Source: Gammaproteobacteria bacterium
GTDB taxonomy: Bacteria > Pseudomonadota > Gammaproteobacteria > SZUA-229
NCBI GenBank assembly: GCA_032251315.1
Contig: JAVVEE010000001.1
Location: 50,035-114,034 of the forward strand
Length of the DNA stretch: 64,000 nt
Direction: 5' to 3'
Shown piece after piece: positions 49,485-58,985 of the stretch (position 1 is the stretch's first letter; every line of letters begins with the position of its first letter). The position numbers were made by a program, and so were the translations under genes. The notes below the pieces were generated by a model, which was given only the letters and a program-made list of their open reading frames with translations, ran no database searches and had not been told where the DNA came from.

Positions 49485-50728
49485 TGGCCGACACACTGCT
49501 CATCCATTTTAATCCCGAACATCCCGACGCAGCTGTCTGGGCGCTAGTGAACGCTGCCGGTGAGCTCAGTACCATGCTGACGCACGGTTCGCTGGATGAG
49601 GCCGCACTCGTCGCGGCAAAACATAGCACTGTTATTCTGCTCGACAGTACCGCCATACACATTGATGTGATCAAGCTGCCCATCCGGAACCCGCAAAAAC
49701 TGCTACGCGCAGCACCTTTCGCCCTCGAAGAAAAAATTGCTGACGACATTGATGATTTGCATTTTGTCACCGGCAGAACTGCCGGCAACGGCACCACCCC
49801 GGTGCTGGCCATCAGGCATGATATATTGGGCCGCATCCTCAGGCAGCTGGAACAGTCCGGCATCGCGCCGATGGCGCTGATTCCCGATACGCTCTGCCTC
49901 ACCGCGAGTCCGACACAATGGGCGATTCTATTAGATGATGATCGCGCCAAAGTGCAGTTTGACCAGTTTGACGCCGGTGAATTTGACCGCGACATGCTGG
50001 CCCTGCTGCTCAAGGCGGAACTGCAAAAAGCCACTCGCCAGCCGCCTGAAAAACTCATTCTGTTCACGCCGGACGGTGACGCTTCCGAAACAGACAGCAT
50101 CCAGGCGGTGATCCCGGAACAGCTCGAGCTGGTCAAGGTCAGTTACAACACGCATCCGCTGGTGATTTATTGCGGCCAATACCGACAGGCACTTTCGCTT
50201 AACCTGTTGCAGAATGCCTACAAGCCAAAACCCAAGGTCAACCAGAACCGGTTGCGCTGGCGCCTGCCGACTACGTTAGCGGCGGTATGGCTGGGCCTGC
50301 ACCTGGCGATTACCGGCGTGCAATATTATAAATTTCAGGGCAGCAATGAAAAGCTGCAAGTTGAAATTGAAAACCTATACAGGAAAACATTTCCGCAGAG
50401 CCAGCGCATCGTTAATGCCCGAGTGCAAATGGAGCAAAAACTCAATGAATTAAAAGGACTGGGTAACACCGGCTCAAATGCCGGCCTGATCAGCCTGCTC
50501 GCCGCTGCCGGCGATGCCCTCTCGAGCGAGAAATCGATCGTCATACAGTCCATCAGTTATCGCCAGAACACCCTGGACATTGAAGTCACCGCTGCCAACC
50601 TGCAGAATATCGAACAGCTGAACAAGAAACTCAACAAGGCTGATCTGAGTGCTGAAATCATCTCGTCGTCATCAGCAAAGAATCAGGTTAATGGCAGCCT
50701 TCGCATCAAACGCGCGCAATCATCATGA
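49484..50728 (+). CDS. gspL: Type II secretion inner-membrane protein GspL
   Basis: 414 aa; cytoplasmic actin-like domain, single TM (…LPTTLAAVWLGLHLAITGV…), periplasmic domain; GTG start overlapping gspK stop. Confidence 0.8.
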   Translation: MADTLLIHFNPEHPDAAVWALVNAAGELSTMLTHGSLDEAALVAAKHSTVILLDSTAIHIDVIKLPIRNPQKLLRAAPFALEEKIADDIDDLHFVTGRTAGNGTTPVLAIRHDILGRILRQLEQSGIAPMALIPDTLCLTASPTQWAILLDDDRAKVQFDQFDAGEFDRDMLALLLKAELQKATRQPPEKLILFTPDGDASETDSIQAVIPEQLELVKVSYNTHPLVIYCGQYRQALSLNLLQNAYKPKPKVNQNRLRWRLPTTLAAVWLGLHLAITGVQYYKFQGSNEKLQVEIENLYRKTFPQSQRIVNARVQMEQKLNELKGLGNTGSNAGLISLLAAAGDALSSEKSIVIQSISYRQNTLDIEVTAANLQNIEQLNKKLNKADLSAEIISSSSAKNQVNGSLRIKRAQSS

Positions 50729-51228
50729 AACAGAAACTCGACGCTTTAAATACCTGGTTCAGCACTCTGCCGGGGCGTGACAAAAACCTGCTCGTGGTCG
50801 CGATAGCCCTGCTTGTGAGCACCCTGTTTTACCTCATGGTATGGGAGCCACTGCATCAGGGCCGTGATCAGGCGCAGCAGAAACTGAAATCTCAACAGGA
50901 GATTTATGCCTGGATGCAAACCGCCTCTGTAGAAGTCAGGTCGCTGAAGGGTGCCGGCACCAGACCCGCATCCAGCACTCAGCCCATCGCCTTGATTCTG
51001 GAGAACAGCGCGAAAATTTCCGGCTTGAAGCAGCACATCAACAAGATTGAGTCCTCCGGAAAGAGCGGTGCCAATGCCCAGATCGATTCAGCCTCGTTCG
51101 ACCAGATGCTGGTCTGGCTCAACACTCTGGAACAGCAGCACGGGGTCACCGTCACCACCGCCATCATAGAGCGCAATGAGCAGCCCGGCACCATTAGCGC
51201 ACGACTCTCATTTGAAAAACTGCCATGA
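50725..51228 (+). CDS. gspM: Type II secretion inner-membrane protein GspM
   Basis: 167 aa; single TM; position after gspL. Confidence 0.8.
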   Translation: MKQKLDALNTWFSTLPGRDKNLLVVAIALLVSTLFYLMVWEPLHQGRDQAQQKLKSQQEIYAWMQTASVEVRSLKGAGTRPASSTQPIALILENSAKISGLKQHINKIESSGKSGANAQIDSASFDQMLVWLNTLEQQHGVTVTTAIIERNEQPGTISARLSFEKLP

Positions 51229-51992
51229 AAATAAAATACTACCTGATTACCGGCATCCTGGCGCTGGCGCTGTTTTTAACTGCCAACATCCCCGCCGCTT
51301 CGATGGCCTCGGTGCTTAAGGCTCAGCTGCCCCAGGTCAACATGCAGAACGTCAGCGGCACCTTATGGCAGGGTTCCGCGCAGCAGGTTACCGTTCACGG
51401 CCATGTATTCAGGAATGTAAACTGGTCGGTCTGCACTACACATCTGCTGATGGCCAGGGCCTGCGTTGAATTCGACGCGCTCTACAATAACAGCCCGTTG
51501 AGCGGGCAGCTGAGCGTGGGACCGAGCCAGACACTAGAAGGCAAAGACATCAAAGCCGAGATGAATGCACACACGCTCGGCCAGCTGGCGGCACTGCCGA
51601 TGGGCGAAATTGCCGGTGATGTTTCGCTTGATCTGACCTCGCTCAGCTGGCAGCCGGGCGGCGTGCCTGCCCTTAACGGCATCGTCAAGTGGAGCAACGC
51701 CAGTGTCACCATTGCCGAAATGGCCCGACTGGGCGACATCACTATTACCCTGGCTGAATCGGACGAGAACCCGATTAATGCGACCGTTTCCAATCAGAAC
51801 GGACAGCTGGCGATAGCGGGCCAGGCCTCGCTGGGTGCAAACACCGGCTATCAGGTCGATTTGCAGCTGACGCCGCAAAACGGCGCCAGCAATAATCTGA
51901 AAAGCAGCCTGAGCCTGTTCGCCAAACCCCAGTCCAATGGTCAGTACCTATTGAAAAACAGCGGCAATTTGAAGCAACTAGGCTTAATGTAA
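51225..51992 (+). CDS. gspN: Type II secretion protein GspN
   Basis: 255 aa; N-terminal TM; last gene of the gsp cluster. Confidence 0.7.
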   Translation: MKIKYYLITGILALALFLTANIPAASMASVLKAQLPQVNMQNVSGTLWQGSAQQVTVHGHVFRNVNWSVCTTHLLMARACVEFDALYNNSPLSGQLSVGPSQTLEGKDIKAEMNAHTLGQLAALPMGEIAGDVSLDLTSLSWQPGGVPALNGIVKWSNASVTIAEMARLGDITITLAESDENPINATVSNQNGQLAIAGQASLGANTGYQVDLQLTPQNGASNNLKSSLSLFAKPQSNGQYLLKNSGNLKQLGLM

Positions 51993-52022
51993 AACCCTGA
52001 TCCGGCGTTGATGTAATTACCC

Positions 52023-52430
52023 ATGAAAACAAAAACAAGCACGAAGAAAATAAAAATCACCACTGAAAACAAATGCAGCTTCTGCACCGGTTCGATCTGC
52101 TGTACTTATGTCACCCACCATCTTGATGCGCCCAAATCAAAAAGTGATTTCCAGCAGCTGCTGTGGCAGGTTTCCCATGAGCATGTCAGCATCTATAAAG
52201 ATGATGACGGCTGGACCCTGCTGATCAGCGGTAATTGCCAGCATCTGCAAGTCAATGGCGATTGCGGTATCTATGAGACGCGCCCGGAAATATGCCGTGA
52301 ACACACTAATGATTACTGTGAATACGACGCACCCTCAGAAGATGGTTTCGATCTCTATTTTAGAAACTACGAAGAGCTACTGGCTTACTGCAGGAAACGT
52401 TACAAGAAGTGGGACGAGCAGTTTAAATAA
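52023..52430 (+). CDS. YkgJ-family cysteine-cluster (putative Fe-S or zinc) protein
   Basis: 135 aa; CSFCTGSICC…NCQHL…DCGIYETRPEICR cysteine pattern (UPF0153-like). Confidence 0.55.
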   Translation: MKTKTSTKKIKITTENKCSFCTGSICCTYVTHHLDAPKSKSDFQQLLWQVSHEHVSIYKDDDGWTLLISGNCQHLQVNGDCGIYETRPEICREHTNDYCEYDAPSEDGFDLYFRNYEELLAYCRKRYKKWDEQFK

Positions 52431-52442
52431 TGATACCGCCGT

Positions 52443-53105
52443 TCAGGATGGCATCACATCGGTATAGCGGTGAACGGCATGGTAGTGCAGGGTTTCAACT
52501 TCATCGGCCTGGCTGTCGGGCTGCAACACAGCCAGTAAATATTTGATGCCATAGTGCTCGGCGCTTTGCAGCACCTCCAGATTGTCATCGATCAGCAGCG
52601 TCTGCGCCGGTTCAAAAGGCTCGATTTCGTGCAGGCGTTTCCAGAAGCCGTCATGCTCCTTGGCCATGCCTATATCGTGTGAAATGACCATGCGGTCGAA
52701 ATAGGTATCCAGGGCCGTTATTTTCATTTTCAGTGACAGGCTAGCGGGGTGCGCATTGGTCACCAGCACGATGCGCTTGCCCGCATCTTTCAGCGCCTGC
52801 AGGAATTCACGCACTTCGGGACGCACGGCGATTTTATGCGACATCTCGAACTTCATCTGCGCGATGTTCAGATCCAGTTCGCGCGTCCAGAAATCGACGC
52901 AATACCACTCCAGCTTGCCTCTGACGTGTTTGAACCGGCCCATCAGAAACTCATGCGCTTCCGCGTGGCTCAATTTGTGCTTCTCGGCATAACAGAGCGG
53001 GACATACTTCAACCAGAAATGGTTGTCGAAATGCAAGTCCAGCAGCGTGCCATCAAGATCGAGAAAGACCGTGTTAATTTCTTCCCAGTCCAGATAATTC
53101 TTCAT
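52443..53105 (-). CDS. HAD-superfamily hydrolase (YrfG-like GMP/IMP nucleotidase family)
   Basis: Start at MKNYLDWEEINTVFLDLDGTLLD (HAD motif I DxDGT) with GAGG 8 nt upstream; the longer upstream ORF extension is rejected. Confidence 0.7.
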   Translation of the reverse strand: MKNYLDWEEINTVFLDLDGTLLDLHFDNHFWLKYVPLCYAEKHKLSHAEAHEFLMGRFKHVRGKLEWYCVDFWTRELDLNIAQMKFEMSHKIAVRPEVREFLQALKDAGKRIVLVTNAHPASLSLKMKITALDTYFDRMVISHDIGMAKEHDGFWKRLHEIEPFEPAQTLLIDDNLEVLQSAEHYGIKYLLAVLQPDSQADEVETLHYHAVHRYTDVMPS

Positions 53106-53175
53106 AAAAACCTCAAATACAGACAGAAAATCGGGGATATAGTAGTATCCACTTTTCCAGTTTAACAAGTGAATC

Positions 53176-54000
53176 GTGCTTATGTCAGAAATTCTCAATC
53201 TCGAACAGCTGTGCCGGCAATGCGTTACCATCGCCCGCGAAGCTGGTGAACGAATTCTTGAAATCTATAACAGCGACTACAGCATTGAGGAAAAAGACGA
53301 TAAATCGCCTCTCACCGATGCCGACATGGCCGCGCACAACGCCATTGTTAAGGCGCTGTCGACGCTGACCCCGGATATTCCCGTGCTCTCTGAGGAGTCG
53401 GCCAAACTGCCCTTTGCCGAGCGACAGCAGTGGCACACCTACTGGCTGGTGGACCCCCTCGACGGCACCAAGGAATTCATCAAGCGCAATGGCGAGTTCA
53501 CCGTCAACATCGCGCTCATCCATAATCACCAAAGCGTCATAGGCGTGATCCACGTGCCGGTCCTGAATATTGACTACTATGGCTGGCAGCAGGGCGGCTC
53601 ATTCAAAATCGAACAGGGCGGCGAGGCCAGAGCCATTCATGTGCAGACGCCGGCCCGGGACAAACCGGTCGTCGTCGGTAGCCGTTCGCACGCCTCTGAA
53701 CAGTTTCAGGCCTATATGAAAAACCTGGGTGACGCCGAATTACTGAGCATGGGCAGCTCGCTCAAGTTCTGCCTGGTGGCGGAAGGCCGGGCTGACCTCT
53801 ACCCCCGACTGGGGCTGACCTCGGAATGGGACACCGCCGCCGCGCAGTGCATTGTCGAGCAGGCGGGTGGCCGGGTCACCAAACTGGATATGACGGAACT
53901 GAACTACAACACCAAAGACAGCCTGCTCAATCCCTTCTTCTTTGTATTTGGCGATGCCGACAGGGACTGGTCAGCCTATCTTGAGCCGGATGCGGTTTAG
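53176..54000 (+). CDS. cysQ: 3'(2'),5'-bisphosphate nucleotidase CysQ
   Basis: 274 aa; inositol monophosphatase-family motifs …WLVDPLDGTKEF… and …WDTAAAQCIV…. Confidence 0.85.
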   Translation: MLMSEILNLEQLCRQCVTIAREAGERILEIYNSDYSIEEKDDKSPLTDADMAAHNAIVKALSTLTPDIPVLSEESAKLPFAERQQWHTYWLVDPLDGTKEFIKRNGEFTVNIALIHNHQSVIGVIHVPVLNIDYYGWQQGGSFKIEQGGEARAIHVQTPARDKPVVVGSRSHASEQFQAYMKNLGDAELLSMGSSLKFCLVAEGRADLYPRLGLTSEWDTAAAQCIVEQAGGRVTKLDMTELNYNTKDSLLNPFFFVFGDADRDWSAYLEPDAV

Positions 54001-54021
54001 AAGGATTTATACTGACGCATA

Positions 54022-54903
54022 ATGATTATCACCTTTTATGGAGTTCGAGGCTCCGCGCCAACACCCGGCCCCGCTACGATCAAATATGGCGGTAACACCT
54101 CCTGCGTCCATCTAGCACTGGATAACGGCGCGGATGTAATTCTAGATGCGGGCACAGGCATGAAGCAACTGGGGCGCAGCCTGCTCGGCAAATCAACGCC
54201 CATCAACATCATTCTTTCGCACGTGCACTGGGATCATATTCAGGGCTATCCTTTCTTCGCACCGATCTTCCAGGCCGAACGCGAAATTGATGTTTTCACC
54301 AGCGCCGATTCACCCGATCACTTACCCGGCACCCCGTTCAGTCAGATGAACGGCATCAACTTTCCGGTCACCCTTGAACAGCTGCCTTCGCGCAACAGCT
54401 GTATCTTCGACAATGTAGAAACTATATTAAAAAATAGAAATATTCACGTCATAAGAAAAGCACTTAACCATCCCGGCGGCGGTAGCGCATTCCGCTTTGA
54501 AGAAGAGGGCATGAGCAGCGCCTACGTGACCGACAACGAACTTGACCCGCCTTACAAAGTTCACACCAGCTATGACGAATGGGTCGATTTTCTACACGGA
54601 GTTGATGTGCTGATTCATGATGCGCAGTACACTGAAGATGACATGCCGCACAAGCACGGCTGGGGACATTCATTAATTTCACAGGTGAGACAGCTGGCAA
54701 TGGATGCCGAAGTGGGCACGCTAGTGATGTTTCATCACGACCCGGATCGCAGTGATAGTGAACTGGATGAAATTCAGATTGAAAACCACGCCTATTTCAA
54801 ACATCAACGCAACCCCATAAAATGCATCTGCGCCGCCGAAGGCATGCAGATAAAACTGTCGCGACCCATTATCGGCAGCGACACTCACGTCGAAATTCTA
54901 TAA
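54022..54903 (+). CDS. MBL-fold metallo-hydrolase
   Basis: 293 aa; HxHxDH motif (LSHVHWDHIQG). Confidence 0.7.
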   Translation: MIITFYGVRGSAPTPGPATIKYGGNTSCVHLALDNGADVILDAGTGMKQLGRSLLGKSTPINIILSHVHWDHIQGYPFFAPIFQAEREIDVFTSADSPDHLPGTPFSQMNGINFPVTLEQLPSRNSCIFDNVETILKNRNIHVIRKALNHPGGGSAFRFEEEGMSSAYVTDNELDPPYKVHTSYDEWVDFLHGVDVLIHDAQYTEDDMPHKHGWGHSLISQVRQLAMDAEVGTLVMFHHDPDRSDSELDEIQIENHAYFKHQRNPIKCICAAEGMQIKLSRPIIGSDTHVEIL

Positions 54904-54918
54904 CGGTCAATAAATATA

Positions 54919-55896
54919 ATGAAAATTCTTATCGTCGGTGGCGCCGGTTACATCGGTTCACACATGGTTAAAAAACTCGCCCTGGCCGGGCACGAAGTTG
55001 TCACCCTTGATAACTTGAGCCGTGGTTATGAAGATGCGGTGAAATATGGTGAATTTGTCCACGGTAATCTGGGTGATAAAGATCTGCTGAATACCTTGTT
55101 CAGTAAGCACCTATTTGATGCCGTGATGCATTTTGCCGCTTTCATAGAGGTGGGTGAATCGGTGACCGAGCCCGGCATGTATTACCACAACAATGTCTGC
55201 AACACTCAGGTACTGCTCGATGCCATGGTGAGCCATGACCTCGAGCACTTCGTCTTCTCTTCTACCGCGGCCATCTTTGGCGAGCCGCAGTACACGCCGA
55301 TTGACGAAGCCCATCCGAAAAACCCCATCAATCCCTACGGCCGCAGCAAGTTGATGGTGGAGCAGATGCTGGAAGATTACGACCGCGCCTACGGCCTGAA
55401 ATCCACCTGCCTGCGCTACTTCAATGCCGCCGGTGCCGACCCGGAAGGTGAACTCGGTGAGCGCCACAACCCTGAATCACACCTCATCCCGTTGATCCTG
55501 CAGGCCGCTTCCGGGCGACGCGAGGCCATCAGTATTTTTGGCCGGGATTACCCCACTGAGGATGGCACCTGTGTTCGTGATTACGTCCACATCAACGATC
55601 TCTGCGATGCCCATTCCCTGGCGCTGGACAAGATGCAGAAATCCGGAGACAGCGCCCGCTACAACCTGGGTAACGGCAAAGGTTTTTCAGTGCAGCAGGT
55701 GGTCGACACGGTTAAACGTGTCGCCAATAAAGAGTTTAAAGTGATCCACGCCGAAAGGCGCGCCGGCGATCCCGCCGTTCTGGTTGCCGACTCAACGCTG
55801 GCCAAACAGGCGCTGGGCTGGACACCCCGCTTCGACCGACTGGAAACCATTATTGAAGCCGCATGGCAGTGGGAAACCACATTTTTTACCCGCTAG
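54919..55896 (+). CDS. galE: UDP-glucose 4-epimerase
   Basis: 325 aa; MKILIVGGAGYIGSH Rossmann; YxxxK region; typical GalE length. Confidence 0.85.
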   Translation: MKILIVGGAGYIGSHMVKKLALAGHEVVTLDNLSRGYEDAVKYGEFVHGNLGDKDLLNTLFSKHLFDAVMHFAAFIEVGESVTEPGMYYHNNVCNTQVLLDAMVSHDLEHFVFSSTAAIFGEPQYTPIDEAHPKNPINPYGRSKLMVEQMLEDYDRAYGLKSTCLRYFNAAGADPEGELGERHNPESHLIPLILQAASGRREAISIFGRDYPTEDGTCVRDYVHINDLCDAHSLALDKMQKSGDSARYNLGNGKGFSVQQVVDTVKRVANKEFKVIHAERRAGDPAVLVADSTLAKQALGWTPRFDRLETIIEAAWQWETTFFTR

Positions 55897-55994
55897 ATTT
55901 CATATGCTTACTGAGTTCAAACCCCTCTCAACCAGCCCTTAACTACCCTCCCCCTAAGCATTATCGCGATAACATCCATAGTAATTATCATTAA

Positions 55995-56027
55995 CAGCTG
56001 CCTCTCTCGCTCCGGCAGCTGTTTCTC
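55995..56027 (+). terminator. Hairpin CAGCTGCC-N11-GGCAGCTG + TTTCTC, about 100 nt downstream of galE
   Basis: 8-bp perfect inverted repeat followed by a T-rich tract. Confidence 0.35.
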
Positions 56028-56357
56028 ATAAACTCAAGTCCCGGAAATTTCACGCCTCTTTATGCGAACATGGTTATACATGAGCATCAGCTCACTCAAG
56101 TTATTCAATATCTCTCGGAAGAATACTTCGCTTTTGCAGTTTTTAAATAGCTGGGAAGTTACTACCATCGCTCATTAAAAAGCCCCTTTCTTTTTGCTGC
56201 TATAAACCTGCTTTAAAAATTGGCCCACTATTTTTCAGCATGAATTTTTTTAAATCTTCAGCTTTTTTACAAAAGTTTACATCAGCGACATTCTGATAAT
56301 GCAATATTACTAATACCAATTAACCGAAAACCCCCTGCTATTAAACACAATATTATT

Positions 56358-57116
56358 ATGCAAAACAGACAAATTTCTGCCATTAAAGAATCACATAACC
56401 TCCTTTCTATTAATTCAGAGTGGATTGGACGCGAATATTGCGAAAACTGTCATTTTTGCAAGTTGTTTTCTGCTGAGCTTTCAGATTCCGATGATGCAAA
56501 TACAACACTACAGCCGGCAGACCATTTTCTATTCCCCTCCGGCTCGGTAATTTACAGCAACAACACTCATCGAAAATTTATTTACACCATAAGGCATGGC
56601 ATGGTTAAGCTGACCAATAATGCTCGCAACGGTGGAAGTAGAATTGTACGCTTACTGGGCCCCGGTGACTCCATTGGTCTTGAGTTACTGTATGGTAATA
56701 GCCACTATCACCATACGGCTGTTGCAGTTGATAATGTTGATGTTTGTCGAATCCCTGTTTCGATAATCAAAAAAACCATAGCCGAACGGCCCTCTATTTA
56801 CACCCAGATTAGCCACCAGTTACAGAACCAGCTGGATCTTGCCGATCAATGGATAGTCGCATTAGGAACCGGCACAGCAAGACAGAGGGTTGCTCATTTA
56901 CTGCTATTACTGGATGGATTCTTTGCTGATAAAAATGGTGCATTCACCTTGATCAACCGTGAAGACATGGCCGCGATTATCGGCACGACGATGGAGACCG
57001 TTAGCCGTATGATTGCCGAATTCAAACGCCAGAATATTCTGTGCAAGTACAAATCAAAAAACAGCCTTTATACCTGTAATACGTCCATGCTAAGGGCGAT
57101 CACACTTCACGCCTGA
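56358..57116 (+). CDS. Crp/Fnr-family transcriptional regulator (FNR/NnrR-like; N-terminal Cys cluster)
   Basis: 252 aa; N-terminal CENCHFC (C-x2-C-x2-C); cNMP-binding-like beta-roll; C-terminal HTH (…TMETVSRMIAEFKRQNIL…). Confidence 0.75.
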   Translation: MQNRQISAIKESHNLLSINSEWIGREYCENCHFCKLFSAELSDSDDANTTLQPADHFLFPSGSVIYSNNTHRKFIYTIRHGMVKLTNNARNGGSRIVRLLGPGDSIGLELLYGNSHYHHTAVAVDNVDVCRIPVSIIKKTIAERPSIYTQISHQLQNQLDLADQWIVALGTGTARQRVAHLLLLLDGFFADKNGAFTLINREDMAAIIGTTMETVSRMIAEFKRQNILCKYKSKNSLYTCNTSMLRAITLHA

Positions 57117-57196
57117 TTTTAAAAGAAAAACCAGTACCAGCTATGCGCAATCGACCCTGTAATATAGCGACTGCATATTTGCTACACTGCGTGACT

Positions 57197-58042
57197 TTAT
57201 CTATCCGGCACTAAGGCATTACGTAGATCATTCACAATACGGTGTATATTGTGGCAACGTGCGCATACACTAACGGCAATTTCTCCCATCAGCTGCTGAC
57301 TCTCTTTTACCCGACCTTCACTAATTCCTGATTCGAGAACATCAAGCCTCTGCTGCGTCGCCTTGCCCAGTATGCGTTCATGGGGATACATCTCTTTTCC
57401 ATGGCAATGACTACAGCTCCCACCAAGACTCTGTAACTGGTCGGCAAGATTCTGACGGGCCACCAATGCCTTGCTCTTGTGACCATCGTCCAACGCAATC
57501 AGAATTTGATTAACCGAGATCGATAATACCTCCATGCTATCTTCATAACTCTGCTCGCCACCATTGAGATTTTTAACCCTGATGTCCCCGTAATGCGGCG
57601 AACGGTATATGGCCGTCACGATGGGTTGATAGCTGTGGTGACAATCATCACAGGTACGCTGGATCATTTTTAGTGTTTTCGTCGTCCGATAAGCATCCTT
57701 TTTTTCAGCAAACATTTTGAGTTCCGGCAGCAGTCTGGGCTTGATCTCATCCTCCCACTCGGGCACCATCTCGGTGATTTTGCTGTAATCCTTCTCCAGA
57801 CGACTTATCCATTTATCCATTTCAGTCCAATCCCCCAGCTCTGCATATTCGCCAATGGCCTGCATTTCCCGGCGCAGTGCGAACATGGTGTGCAGCCATA
57901 CATGACGCTTGCTGGCGGGCTTGTACCATTGCTCCAGTGATGCTGGTGGCATTTCAAGATTAACAGAATCGGTGCCGCTGGCGGACGCAATGCCCATACC
58001 TGCCATAAGGAAAAGGAACAAAAAAACAGAGTTATAGTTCAT
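57197..58042 (-). CDS. Secreted tri-heme c-type cytochrome (three CxxCH motifs), uncharacterised
   Basis: 281 aa; signal peptide MNYNSVFLFLFLMAGMGIASASG; heme motifs CDDCH, CSHCH, CARCH. Confidence 0.7.
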   Translation of the reverse strand: MNYNSVFLFLFLMAGMGIASASGTDSVNLEMPPASLEQWYKPASKRHVWLHTMFALRREMQAIGEYAELGDWTEMDKWISRLEKDYSKITEMVPEWEDEIKPRLLPELKMFAEKKDAYRTTKTLKMIQRTCDDCHHSYQPIVTAIYRSPHYGDIRVKNLNGGEQSYEDSMEVLSISVNQILIALDDGHKSKALVARQNLADQLQSLGGSCSHCHGKEMYPHERILGKATQQRLDVLESGISEGRVKESQQLMGEIAVSVCARCHNIHRIVNDLRNALVPDR

Positions 58043-58160
58043 CTCATTAGTCCGTTATTATTAAGCAGTCAGACTATCATAAATCTTTCTATACTTATAA
58101 AAAGTAATTGTATTTACCTATTTCGACCTTGCTGAACAGCTGCGGCTATTACTCGTTTTT

Positions 58161-58176
58161 TCTGATGTAGATCATT
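58161..58176. promoter_or_regulatory. FNR/NnrR-type box cTGATgtagATCAt in the divergent cytochrome/hemerythrin promoter region
   Basis: Matches TTGAT-N4-ATCAA at 8/10 positions; centred about 65 nt upstream of the hemerythrin ATG. Confidence 0.5.
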
Positions 58177-58232
58177 AGTGTTTCCGCCTTATATTGTTAT
58201 GGTTCTTACTGTTAAATTAGGAGTTCACTGAA

Positions 58233-58670
58233 ATGCACATTAAAAAACTCATGTCGCAGGATCACAAAGACTGTGATCTGCTTTTTGCTAAAGCCGAAAC
58301 TGCCGTCTCTTCCGAGGACTGGGCAGCGGCGACACAAACATTCAATGAATTTATAGAGGCCATGGAGTCTCATCTTAGCTTCGAAGAAAAGGTGCTCTTC
58401 CCCGCCTTTGAAGAGGCTACCGGCATCACCATGGGCCCTACTGAAATGATGCGCATGGAACACGACCAGATGCGCGTGCTGCTCATTGAAATGCGCGATG
58501 CACTGGATCGTCAGCACAGTGATGACTATCTGGGTATTGCCGATACCATGCTGATCATGATGGAGCAACACAACTTGAAGGAGGAGCAAATTCTCTACAA
58601 TCTGATGGATCAGCGGCTCCCGAAAGAGGGTCACTGGCAACAGCGTTTCCAGGAGTGGCAGAACCTTTGA
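58233..58670 (+). CDS. Hemerythrin-like (HHE cation-binding) domain protein
   Basis: 145 aa; His/Glu ligand pattern (H…HLSFEE…MEHDQM…), typical of NO-responsive hemerythrin-domain proteins. Confidence 0.65.
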   Translation: MHIKKLMSQDHKDCDLLFAKAETAVSSEDWAAATQTFNEFIEAMESHLSFEEKVLFPAFEEATGITMGPTEMMRMEHDQMRVLLIEMRDALDRQHSDDYLGIADTMLIMMEQHNLKEEQILYNLMDQRLPKEGHWQQRFQEWQNL

Positions 58671-58954
58671 TGTCCGGCGAAATATTACTGGATGTGAGCG
58701 AGCTGGAACCTCCTGAACCGCTGACATTAACCCTTGAGTCGGCTGCTTCATTACAGCCCGGTCAGTACCTGCGCATGTTGCATCGGCGTGAACCCTGCAT
58801 GCTGTACGGCAATCTCGATGAACAACACTTCAAATATATTCAACGCAAAGGCACCGTCTCCGCGGTTGAAGTTTTTATCTGGCGCGAGCAGGATCAGGAG
58901 GCGGCGTCCGCCGTGCAATCGATAATCGATACGCCGATCGAAGCCCCCACTTAA
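58670..58954 (+). CDS. DUF2249 domain protein
   Basis: About 94 aa starting at ATG overlapping the hemerythrin stop (ATGA); DUF2249-like; frequently co-located with hemerythrin and NnrS. Confidence 0.55.
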   Translation: MSGEILLDVSELEPPEPLTLTLESAASLQPGQYLRMLHRREPCMLYGNLDEQHFKYIQRKGTVSAVEVFIWREQDQEAASAVQSIIDTPIEAPT

Positions 58955-58985
58955 TCGCTATTATCAAACCTCCTCTCAGCATCAT

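Noticed and set aside
49423-50136. 237-aa minus-strand ORF antisense to gspL, and 43816-44454 antisense to gspE
   Set aside because: Shadow ORFs; Ser/Ala-rich with no motifs.
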